Part shown: in pieces, positions 1 to 11,060 of the stretch
Layout: each line of letters opens with the position of its first letter
Numbering within the stretch: position 1 is the stretch's first letter
Origin: Podarcis filfolensis
Lineage: Eukaryota
Assembly (NCBI GenBank): GCA_964270895.1
Contig: OZ185438.1
Reading direction: 5' to 3' (one strand)
DNA: 64,000 nucleotides
The notes under the pieces: model-generated
Told to the model about the DNA's origin: nothing
Database searches by the model: none
What the model saw: the letters and a program-made list of their open reading frames with translations, nothing else
Program-made: the position numbers and the translations under genes

Positions 1-131
1 TAGTGGGTTCAACCATTGCTGCCACACACTCTCTGTCAGTGCCTCCAGCCATCAGGAAGAATTGCCACAGAAAGAGCAAGAAGAAGAAGAAGAGGGAAGG
101 CAAATTGCACCAGAAAACCAAGAAGATGAAA
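1..131 (+). CDS. CNKSR2: CNKSR2 (CNK2/MAGUIN) coding exon, 5' part outside window
   Basis: Frame from nt 2 reads SGFNHCCHTLSVSASSHQEELPQKEQEEEEEGRQIAPENQEDE, matching human CNK2 'SGFNHCCLNAPVSA...EEEEEEEE'. Ends at a phase-1 donor A|GTAAGC (132). Confidence 0.93.
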
Positions 132-1855
132 GTAAGCACTAATTATATTTAAAATTGATTAGAAATAAATTGCATGTAGAAAAGGGAAATTGTTTAATTG
201 TGAATATGACTTTTGATCATACCTTTTTTCTGTACATAGTAGAAATAATTAGCTTTTGACACAAAAATTAACTTTTTATGCATGCTAACTTGATAAATCA
301 AATTTTAGAACAGCTTTATTCGCAGCACAGTTATTCTTCATGTTTATTATCATTTTTTTTCATGGAGGGGTATTTTGCCTATACTAGTGTGCTTCTGTCT
401 TGGATGCTAGTTTCTTTCACAGGCATGAATTTCTTGTTTTGTGATAAGTGTGTTTGTGTTGTTCTTCAAACTTTGGAAAGAAAATCTTTGATGGTGAATA
501 TGAAATATTTATTTCTAGTCCTAGGGCTCTTGCATTCTGGAAGGCTCCAATCCTGATAGTTTAAGTTAGGCAGTAGGTGTCTTTCCTAATTCAGTTTGCT
601 CCTGCCTTCATCGAAAGCAGTCAGGCTGCCATTAAACTCCCATCTCTACTCTGCTGAGACAATATATTTCTTTCTTTGTATGACTTTTCAGTCTGTCCTT
701 CTGCCTTTTGCCCTACTTGCATTTGGCTTATTTTCTACCTTATGTGGCTCGCTGGTTCACATTTTCTCTACTTTCTCCTAAAAAAACCCCAAACATTTTA
801 AAAAACATTAGCATCAACACCTTTGCCTCCTCTTTGTCTAGCCTCTTCTCTATCCCCCCCCCCCCCGCTTTTTTCTGGCTCTTTGGTGGAGAGTGGTGAG
901 AGTGGAATACCAGCCTCTTTAAACACAACTTTAGGTCCAGGTGTGAGTGCTGTATCAGTGTTTCAGAAGTGTCCCTTTAGTGGGAATGACAGCAGACTGC
1001 CTTTCCTCTGCAGTGTCTCGCGATTCCAGCCAGCCAGTAGCCCACAAGGCAACAGAGGCTCCTGACTGGATCTTAAGAGTAGTATTCCATTGCTAGGGTA
1101 AAGTCATCCTCCCCCAGTTAGATTTGACTACAATATTTTGTCCTAGATAGGTCCTAGTTTCTCCTTTGTTGCTGTTATGGATTTCTTGTACAATTAGGCT
1201 GGCCTAAATTCCAACATAGATAGATGCTGATTTATAAAGGCAACATGCAGTGAAAGATTGTTCACTAATACTGCACCATTTTCTACTGCATACTGAAAAC
1301 CCAGTAAACGAATGGGTCTAAAATATAAGCATAATAGCTACTGAGCATACAAGCCAAAACTCAAGTTTCTTGTTACTATGGTTATCAGTATTCTGCTCAT
1401 ATTATTGGCACTTTATTTTACAGTATATGTACATGTCACATATTTTACTGCTCTACTCCTTTGTCATTAATTGGAGCCTCACATTACAAAAGTGGCAGGA
1501 ATTCTTCCTGACATAGAGAGATATGGTTTAAAAACTTGTCCTGCTTAATTTCTGCATCTTAAGATAATGTTAAAGGCACCAGAAAAGAAAAAAAAGTGAT
1601 AAGTGTAGATAGCAATACTTTTTCAAAATGTTAAATGGTTTACTGGGAACATTGCATACTTAACATTTATGAAGCAAAACCTGGTGAACAATAGTTGCCA
1701 CTTCACAGCTTTCGCTCCTATTTTGTTCATTGCCCTGAGCAGGGATAAAATTCAGACTGGCAATATTTTTAAAAAAATAAGTCATAAGGGGAAGTTGATT
1801 GAGGAATACAGGAAGAGAAGTAAACTCTGAGCCTTATATATGTGTTTATATAAAA

Positions 1856-2050
1856 TTATGCTTCTTGTGCTGAGAAGCCATACTGTGAGCCATACTTGTA
1901 ATATGCTAGAAGATGCAAGATACTGTTTTCTGGTGCAACATACAAATTTTTGAAGTAGCGTAAAATAGATTCCTTCATCTCAGAGGGTTTTGAAGATCCT
2001 CTCAGAATTTCTTTCATTTCATTCAGACCTACTTCAGCCATCTCTCATTT
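1856..2050 (-). mobile_element. Possible degraded L1/Tx1 ORF2 fragment
   Basis: Peptide EMKESILRYFKNLY resembles the L1 ORF2 'IQTTIREYYKHLY' region; short and degenerate. Confidence 0.35.
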
Positions 2051-2759
2051 TGTAGAATGCGAAGAGAGAAAACTATTTTTGCTGTGTATATTCCATCTAC
2101 TAGGTTAAGAAAGGCAATGCTACAGAGAAGAAAGCACATAGCACTGGTGGAAAATACTTAATGCAAGTGCTGAAACTGGCCATAAATTTTGCCTTAGCTG
2201 TTTAACATTCTGAGCAGAATAACAGTGTGTTGCTATCTGCCACAATGAAAGCTTAAAAGGTCAATGAGAGATGTATTTCCCTGAACACTTGAGGACTTAC
2301 AGCAGAATACACAATTTTCTAGTTTCCTGGCTCATATCTAATATGTTTTTGGAGCTGTGTGTGGAAGGAGCTGAAGCCATTAAAATTATTTATTAGTTAA
2401 TTTTTAATTAATAATTTTTAAAACACCCTCTTCATTTAGATATCAGAACAGTGTACAAAATAAGACCAAAGTGGTCATACCACCATAGTAATAGTGAATA
2501 ACTTGATGCTAATAAGGATAACAGTCTGCACCAATCATACTTCTACATGCTTTACACTGTATGCATGATAAACACTCTGGCAAACGTAAGTGTACCTGAA
2601 GATTAAATGATACCATGGCTCTTACAAAGTGACTTAGAACAATCACATGAGACATGCAACTCATGTGTACCAATTAAAGAAGCTACATTTTAATTTGAAA
2701 TGGTAAATGTTGCATGGCTTACTATATGCCTAAAAATAATGGATCCTGGTATACAAGTA

Positions 2760-3062
2760 CCATAAGCACTGATAACTGGGAAACACTGGCCTGCGAGCAT
2801 TCCAACTGGAGAACAGCCTTTACCAAGGTGTCACAGACTTTGAAGGAGCATGAACTCAAGGTGAAAAGGAGAAACGAGCTAAGAGAAAGACAACCCCTCA
2901 CCAAGATCAACTCCCACCTGGAAACCTCTCTCCCCGCTGTGGAAGACCGCGTGGATCCAGAATTGACCTCCACAGTCATTTACGGACTCACTGTTAAGAT
3001 GGTGTTCATGGAAGACAATCTTACTCAGCTACGAGTGATCACCAAAGAAAGAAGGGAAAGAA
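2760..3062 (+). mobile_element. 3' end of an RTE-clade LINE
   Basis: Frameshifted reading gives TDNWETLACEHSNWRTAFTK then EKRAKRK...PPGNLSPRCGRPRGSRIDLHSHLRTHC* (stop 2995-2997), the RTE C-terminal zinc-finger motif. Short 3' UTR and purine (GAA-like) tail follow. Confidence 0.85.
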
Positions 3063-3595
3063 CAAGTACCATACACCCTACTTTTTATATAGATTATATA
3101 ATTTATACTTACAGCATTTTTTTTGTGGTTCCTTTTTTATCTGGGAAGCATAAAGCAGTGTTGAACATCCTTTGGTTTAGCTGCCACTGTGTAAACCTAA
3201 GTTGCTGTGTTTTTTCCCAAGGGCTTGCTGGGTAGGATAGACTTCGAAATGATATAGATCACTTGAGTTGTCTGCACCAGACAGAATCTATTAAGTATAG
3301 TTGATGTTCTGGCTACTTTGTTAGTTCTTTGAATCTTCCCTGGCAGGCAGGCAGAAGGACCATTAACATGTTATATTTCTCCCTCTGGAACTCTTCAGTG
3401 TAATAAATGCACATGTATCCAGTGGCATCTTGGATGTTCAAAGCTATAAAAAATGACAAGTGATGTATCACTTTAGAAATATGAGTAAGTTCTGTTGAGT
3501 AGTTGAAAGTATACTACAACTGGGAAAGAATTTTCTGTTCTTTAACAGCCAACATGTTTTTTATAAGTCACCTTCATTTGTTTAAAAAACATGTA

Positions 3596-3918
3596 CAGTG
3601 GTACCTCGCAAGACGAATGCCTCGCAAGACGAAAAACGCGCCAGACGAAAGAGTTTTCCGTTTTTTGAGTCGTTCCACAAGACGAATTTCCCTATGGGCT
3701 TGCTTCGCAAGACGAAACGTCTTGCGAGTTCTTGCGAGTTTGTTTCCTTTTTCTTAAAGCCGCTAAGCCGTTAATAGCCGCTAAGCCGCTAAGCCGTTAA
3801 TAGCCGCTAAGCCGCTAATAGCCGCTAAGCCGCTAATAGCCGTGCTTCGCAAGACGAAAAAACCGCAAGACGAAGAGACTCGCGGAACGGATTAATTTCG
3901 TCTTGCGGGACACCACTG
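3596..3918. mobile_element. Tc1/mariner-pogo (Tigger-like) MITE
   Basis: TA on both sides. TIR CAGTGGTACCTCGCAAGACGAA vs CAGTGGTGTCCCGCAAGACGAA (19/22). Internal GCAAGACGAA copies and an AAGCCGCT/AATAGCCGCT array. Confidence 0.9.
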
Positions 3919-4540
3919 TACCCAGTATAACCTGACATGATCACTCCTTGTGTTCTTAACAGAACCAAACATAAGAAATAAAAGTCTAAAAATGAACTGT
4001 ATAAAATATGTATTTTATGCTTGGTTACATTTAAAGCTCCAATACAAATCCTTCCACTGTCAGGTGGCATTGTGGCCTGGCCACAGCCATGTCTGCAACC
4101 TGGGAGCATCGCCTGGGTGGATTCCAGCCTGCTTGCAGATTGGCCAGTGGTGGGCAGGCATGGGCTGGAGTTCCTCAGGGGACAGACCCAACTGACCAAT
4201 AAGCGTCACTTTGGGTCCACTCCCAGGGGGGATAAATTGAGGCCTTACCAGGTTTTCTTCCCAGTTCATCAGTCTTTGTTACTGCTTTTGCTGCTTTCAA
4301 AGGTTAGTCACTTAAATTGATTTCCCAAATTTTCTTTCATTATAAATTTGGTTTCACTTCTAATCCAGTTTCATCACTATTTCTGATACTCCAATTTGAT
4401 TATTGTTGACATGGGGCCTATGTGCTGTTGACAGTGTGGGATGCATGTGGTTAGAAGGCCAAAAAGGCAAGCAAGGTAGGGGTTTGATTTAAACTGATTT
4501 AAATTAGGCAAAATATTTGTCAGTACATTGTTAGCTCTTT

Positions 4541-6167
4541 TGACTTCTGGAGAGGAAAATGGCGGACTAGATATCGCTTGTGAACAGTCTGTCGACAGAG
4601 ATAATTATGTGGTGATTAATGATAGCGAAAGGCATAAATCTTGGTTATTACATTCTCTCTGAGAAGAGAGTGGCCTAGAACAGAGGAATTTCAATCGTGT
4701 CCAAACACAACATAATAGTCCTGAGGGTCAGTCCTGAGGGCATAGTGGGCAAAAGCTCCCTTTCTTTAATTACTTTTGAGTCTGTTATAAATTATAACTG
4801 AAGTGATCTCTCCGCTTGTTGAAATTTGCATCTGGAATGTGAACTGACTTACGAAGAGATGATCATTGAAAGGCTGAAAGCAAAACAGAAAGAATGTTTT
4901 AATAGTTTACGACTAAGAAAGATTTTAAGTGGATAAGGAGCATTCCAACTGTTAGAAATTTTTATTTTATTCTTAACCTTCCATCCCTTTGATGAAAGTA
5001 CTGGCTGCAAACTGAAACTAGTTTTATTTATGCCTCTGTGGGAAAAGAATGCTGTCTGGAGATACGGAGATGGGAGAGTCAAGCTGTTAAGGCAGAGACA
5101 GTAAGACTTTAAGGTGGAGAGTGAGTTATTAATAAGACCAAGAACACTCAGTATGGCAAAAACACTGTTGGACACCCCATTGACTGTTGGCATCATGCAG
5201 CGATTACTGGATGAGCAATTAAAATTTGAGATCAGAGCTGAGAAGGCTAAAAGGGTGAATGAAAATAGACCAGTGAAAGATGAGGTTAAAGAAGACACTG
5301 AACCTTTGGAAAATAATATTGATAAATGACTGCCAGAATAGGAGAGTGGAATGGAAGAAGAGAAAATGGAAGTACTGGTTTTTTTTATAAATTAGGATGG
5401 AAAACCACAGCGAACAGGGAATTGGAAGATATGGAACTGGGTGTGAATTAATGAATAACTCTTAATTACAGGAAAGAGACCCTTGTATGAATAAAGATGA
5501 AGGATTTATTGCTTCTCAACATTGAAGGTAAAAGTTATTGTGCTGGACAGGAGGAAGACTACTCTTGACATTTATCAGTGATAATAATTGGAGAACCTCT
5601 TTTAGAGTTTGTGTAAGGAAGGGAAAAGGAATGGACTTGAGATGTCTGGATCTGAAGCCTGGGATAATATTGCCTCACAGAAGAAGAAAAAGCTGGATAC
5701 CTTTCTGGAGTGAATATTTTGAATAATTTATATATATATAAAACTGACAGATGGATAAATAGAAGCCCTTTTTATTTCTCTTTTCCTTTATTTTCTTTTT
5801 TCAGCCTTTTATTATTTTTATCTTCTTGCTTTTTTCTCTTCTGTTTCTTCTTGCTTTGTTTTTGGTGTCCTATACTCTGGGTCACCGAAGGGATTGTATA
5901 CACATGAAGGTGTTGGCTGGCTGGTGAAGGACCCCATGTGAGAGTCAGGTAGGGGAAGCTCTCCCAGGATGGGAGGCTGGGAGAAGAAAGGGATGCTCCC
6001 AAGTGAGAGCTGGGAAGGTACATCCCCTTCTGTGTGAAACAAGGATTAAGATACCTTTGTATTTACTTAACTCTTCCTTTTTCGTTTTCTCTTTTTACTT
6101 AGATTAGTTTGTTGTTGATTTATTTTATTGTATGATGAAAAACTTTTAATAAAAATTATGGGGGAAA
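4541..6167 (+). mobile_element. Full-length-looking non-autonomous L1-like retroelement (about 1.63 kb)
   Basis: 5' GACTTCTGG...AAAATGGCGG (YY1-type motif). 3' TTAATAAAAATTAT. Decayed 17-bp TSD TACATTGTTAGCTCTTT (4524-4540) / TACATTACTAGTTCTTT (6168-6184), 14/17, all transitions. No RT or EN ORF. Confidence 0.7.
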
Positions 6168-6643
6168 TACATTACTAGTTCTTTGTTTTGTTTTCCTTTG
6201 TTTATGCTTGCAATGAAAAGACAACTCCTCTTTGAGCATTCTATTCTTTCTTATTAGAGATACCATAGTAGATTTGTTGTAATATATTCCTTAGTGGTGT
6301 TTTTCATTATGAATTACTCTGTTGTTTTCTATTATTGATTTTCTCCCAGTCTTACAATAACTAAATGAAGAGCTTGCTTCATTCCCTGAAGCATATTCTT
6401 TCAGTAGTGGTTGCAGAAACAAGCTTTGTATGACATTCTTTGTGTCACTTAAACCCTGTTACTCTTTTGTGTTTCAGCTACAGCCTTATGTAATTACTAT
6501 ATTCATCTGAAAAAGTTGCTATCTAAAGTGTTTTGAAGCAAGACACCTTTCCTCTGAGATAATATCTGGCTAAACTACAGACTTTTTTTTTTTAAGCATA
6601 AATATTTTCATTTTGGGAGTTAAGTGTTTTGATACATTGGTAA

Positions 6644-6805
6644 CATAGCTGTCAACCTTCGCTTTTTTATGTGGTAAATTCCCTTATTCCAGCGCTGTTT
6701 CCCGCTGCTATCCCGTAGACTGTCCCCGGGACAGGTGAGGCTGCTGATCCCTTATTTTCGAGGCTGCTGGTCCCTTATTTTCAAATCTGAAAGTTGACAA
6801 CTATG
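6644..6805. mobile_element. hAT MITE (162 bp)
   Basis: 8-bp TSD ATTGGTAA (6636-6643, 6806-6813). TIR CATAGCTGTCAAC / GTTGACAACTATG. Confidence 0.9.
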
Positions 6806-7732
6806 ATTGGTAATGAATATGCTCTTCTAGTACCAAGTTCTGTAAAAAGAAACAGTCTTCTAGTTGAAAGAACTGTATGTTACTTCTCATTTTGTGAATA
6901 CCTTATGGTAGAGGGTTGAGGAGCATTTTTCAGCCAGAGGGTTACATTCCCATGTCCTGAAGTGAAAAGGAAAAAGTGGTTGATGCAATGATGAAGACAA
7001 ATGTAGGAGGAGCAATGAATGTGATTCTTGCATATCTAAGAGGTTTCTACACACACCTGACTCCACCCTTGCAATGAACATACCATATCACAGTACAAGG
7101 AGTGATATAGGGAGAAGGCCAAGGGCCACACAGGAGGACTGCATTCAGCCTCCATGCCTGCTGTAGTATGTCCTATATTCTCTGCCATCTATATTAGCCA
7201 TATGCTGAAGTATGACGAAAAGCCAACAAGGACTTGAATATGGTGGTAACTTTGCCACACTGCAGCTCTCTATTCCCAGTTGGGATTGCTTTGTCCATCA
7301 TCTTTCAGCAACTTAAACATTTGTGGTGCCTCTTGTTGAAACGCAAAGTTTCCTTTTTAACTTAGAAACTCAATGAAAGCTTGACATCTGTTCCTAATTA
7401 ATAATAACATTATTTTATTATATATTTATTAATATAAAACAACAGAGCAAAGCATATGTGCTAGCTCAATGCAGGTCCATAGGAAGGTATGCATTTACTA
7501 TAAGAGTCTATAAATCTTACGGACAATGCCTGCTGTATGTGTACCATATGTCATAAGCCATATTTCAGCACACTCCTTTCTGAATTGAAAGTGTACCTAT
7601 GCCACTTTGAAACTCTTACTACTTTTGCAGCACCATCACATGCATGTCTATTCAGAAGCAGCTCCCACTGTGTTCAGTGAGGCTCCTCCATTAAATGTGA
7701 ATAGGATTGTAGCCTTAGCAGTAAGAGAAAGA

Positions 7733-8848
7733 TTTTTTTTTAAAATAATTTTTATTAACTGGCCAATCACATCAAATTAAATCACATCACATAAATTCCA
7801 AATTACAAAGCCAAATTTTTAAATTTTGTTGGGGGAACCCATACTTCAAGATCCAAAGGGGGATTCAAATCATCTTCTTATTACTGCGTTAGTGTCCAAA
7901 TCAGTCCCAATCAGTCCAGACAAAGTTCCCAATTCTATCCAGTCTTATCTTGGTGTTTCCACATCATATCTTGTTCATATAATTTCTCTTTTTCTTTTAC
8001 GATCTCTTCTGTTAGTCTCCTTAAGCCGATAAGCAAATATAATAATCCTGTGTGAATTTCCCGTTCTTCCAATCTAAGTCCAGATGGTTTCCATATATCT
8101 CCTTCGTAGATAACATCACTCTTTCCATCATAAATCAGGCATTTTTCGCTCTTAAATCCCACGGAGGAGTTAATCCATGATATGTAAACAGCACTATTTC
8201 TCTCTTTCTCCTCCCAGACCCAAGAGCTCCAACAATGCCTCCCAAGATGGCGACGGCATTTTTAACTGCGTCATTCCAAAACTCTTAACTTTCCAGCTTC
8301 GTCTTGAAACATTGCTTTGGTTCGAAAGTTTATCTCCACACAGCCTTAAATCACAGCTTAAGTCCTTAAAGTTCTGACTTATTAGGGGAGGGGATTCTTG
8401 TTAAAACACGTAAAAAGGAATGGAAGGTTTTTCCCCCCTCCCCCCTCAGTCATTTGCAATACCGTATCTTGTCGTATCTTCTCATATTTTATTCTTGCCT
8501 TGTTATCAGAGATCTCTTCTGTCAGCAGTCTTTACTCCCCCTTTTTCCTTGAAGTATGTGCAATTTATCTCGTCCAAATTGTTTCTTTTGAAGATTCTTG
8601 CAAACTAGAGGCGCGGATCAGAGACGGCATCAAGGAGTGCCGGAATCCCACAGGAGGGCTTTGTGCCTAGTGCCCCCACCCCCACAAATTTGGGGGTGGT
8701 ATAGGGCACAGCAGGCAAGGGCCGTCCCCCCCATAATCCTGGGGGGTTAAGGAGGCTAATTACCCCCATCATAGCCTCCAAATTACCTCGTGTGGGTCGG
8801 AGAGATGTTATTGTCAGCCATCTTCCGATGCGCCACCTAGTGGCCCCC
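7733..8848 (-). mobile_element. Full-length-looking non-autonomous L1-like retroelement (1116 bp)
   Basis: Perfect 16-bp TSD AGCAGTAAGAGAAAGA (7717-7732, 8849-8864). Element sense starts GGGGGCCACTAGGTGGCGCATCGGAAGATGGC and ends GTTAATAAAAATTATTTT plus an A-tail. Confidence 0.88.
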
Positions 8849-10414
8849 AGCAGTAAGAGAAAGAATTACCCACCCTCAGAGGAGACCATCCCTCCTTGAT
8901 TCTGCACAAGTTACTGAATCTGGGCATACGAATTATGCATAGATGCAGTGAACTGTCTCTTCACTAAGTGGGTATTTTGAGTTCAGGGGGAACTTGAATT
9001 AATTTAATTCGGTTCTCACAGCACACTGAAGTTTCTTTGCACACAGTGTGGGAATTACTGACCTAATAAAATGAAAAGCAGCATGTTTACCCTAAGTTTC
9101 TGTTGAATTCAGAATTAGGTTTATGAAAACATTATCTCTTCAGAGGTGATCAGCCTGCAGTATCTTCACTACTAATTTAGGGCTTCTGCTCAACGTCTCC
9201 TTCCTTAGTCTGTCAAAAACATTATTTAATGAGTACACTCTGCCAGGGTATGTCTCCATCAGTTTTTTCAGAGATGAATAGATTTCTTTTTTGAAAAGAG
9301 TGGCATTTTGCATTCAAAGCCAACATATTTTTGATACTTTTAATAGCTACGTTTGCTTACTTAATTCCCATTGGTACCACTCCACGCTGCCAGTGGAATC
9401 AAGCAGCTTTGGGGAACCAATTTTAATTGAAACCATGGTGTAAACGAACAGGGTTAACCCCCTCCCTTTGTGCTGTGATCCTCAATACGATTAGGGGCTC
9501 TGCAGCTGCTATTAATATTTTTTAAATGTTTCAGTCACACAATTAATATCCTGTCTTAATGGCATTTCCTGTCTCTTATGCCCTTTGTGTTTGTAGAGTA
9601 TAACCTAGTAGATTACACCTCACAACTCACCATTGTTATAACACAGCCTTCCCCTGGGCCTGTTTTTGGCCTAGTCTAGGTACTCATAAACAATAATGTT
9701 TCTCCTTTCCTCTTTGAAATGTTGGAGGGTATGAAAATGATGAACTGCTTTCACCAATTTTTCATGGAGCTATAGCACTATTTTAGTATGTAGCTCACAG
9801 AAACATAGAATATATTTTGATGAGCTTCTGAACAGCTCCCAGCTGTCCTAGGAAAGCTGTCACAAAACCAAATCTTACATTTTTGACAGCAGTATCAGTG
9901 AAGTAGTGAAGCAAGAAGAGCTATTTTTAAATCATCAATATCAAGTGTTAAAGTTAATGCCATAAGGATTAGTGAATCAATAAGCTTTTAAAATTAAGAT
10001 ACAGACAAGGTTAGAGACATTTAAGTCTTTGCTGGCAAGCATGATGCTTACAAGGTGCACAGGCTATTCTATAACAGCAAATTATAATTGGAGCTGGTAT
10101 ATGTCCTGGCTTTGTATGATTAAAACTAGGGATATACTTGTGAGAGGCAAGCATTACTTTTTGTAGGTTTAATGTAAGCAAGCAAGAACACTGACAGCTT
10201 GAGATATCCATCTGTGCGATACAGCATGTAGGTAGGAAACATTTTGCAGGAGAAGAGGCATGATTTAAATAAGGTGGAGACTAGAGCATGGCTGTGGAGA
10301 CATTCTGTGACAGATATCCCCTATAGATTTCATATATACTATTTCATGTGCATATGGAACTTCTCAAGAGATTGACACTCGATTAAGTGCAACTTCAGTA
10401 GCATAATGATGATA

Positions 10415-10495
10415 TTCTGTGAACCGCACTGAGACCTCTGGGTATAGGGCGGTATACAAATTCAATAAATAATAATAATAACAACAAGCTGCACT
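10415..10495 (+). mobile_element. L2-type LINE 3' tail
   Basis: TGTGAACCGC...GAGACC...GGGCGGTATACAAAT followed by (AAT)n. Confidence 0.65.
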
Positions 10496-10924
10496 TACCT
10501 TTTTCACAGATCCAGGTGCATCAATCTCTGTATTTAAGCAGTATTTGGAAGCAGTGCTTGACTAGCTTCATGAAAACTGGTTGAACAATCTAGGGTTTAG
10601 CCTTCCCTTTTGATAAGGTACACTGGAATGCCACTGGAGTGAGATTTGCTACTAATTTCTGGGGCAATAGTGCCAATTAATTTTTTTTGTTTTGTTAACT
10701 GCAGTGGAATTCGTATCAGCAGCCCTTCATAGACTAAAAGGGGCCTTTCAAGCTATTCACTCCCCCCCTCCCACTTTGAGGATTGGCCATTTCAGAGCCT
10801 CAGTGATAACACAGAACCATAGCTAAAGGTTTTTCCCTATAAAAATCTTCCATCCGATTTATTTTGAAAATCATAACTTAATATATTTTATTTAGTCTCA
10901 TTGTATTGTCTGAAGGTACATGAG

Positions 10925-11060
10925 GCCACCACCTTGCTTAAGCTAAGCAGGTCTAATCATTGTCTGGAACAGTGACCACTTGGGAGTTTGTCTGTTCATT
11001 GTCTGGAACAGTGACCACCTTGAATACCATGATGGAAGAAAGGTGGGTTATTAAGATTTA
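10925..11060 (+). mobile_element. 5S rRNA-derived SINE relic with internal duplication
   Basis: AAGCTAAGCAGG and GACCACCTTGAATACC resemble the 5S internal promoter segments; the tail GGAAGAAAGGTGGG resembles L2-type SINE ends. Confidence 0.5.

Noticed and set aside
2714-3235. 173-aa ORF as a gene
   Set aside because: Chance fusion of flanking DNA and a frameshifted RTE fragment.
3399-3484. Cryptic 86-nt CNKSR2 exon with GTAAGT donor
   Set aside because: Immediate stop (M*), interrupted pyrimidine tract, located between TE relics; compatible with chance.
4849-5298. 149-aa minus-strand ORF
   Set aside because: Antisense to an A-rich retroelement; S/L/F-biased composition is typical of such shadows.
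6985-7062. C/D box snoRNA (ATGATGA ... CTGA)
   Set aside because: No terminal stem and no recognisable rRNA antisense element.
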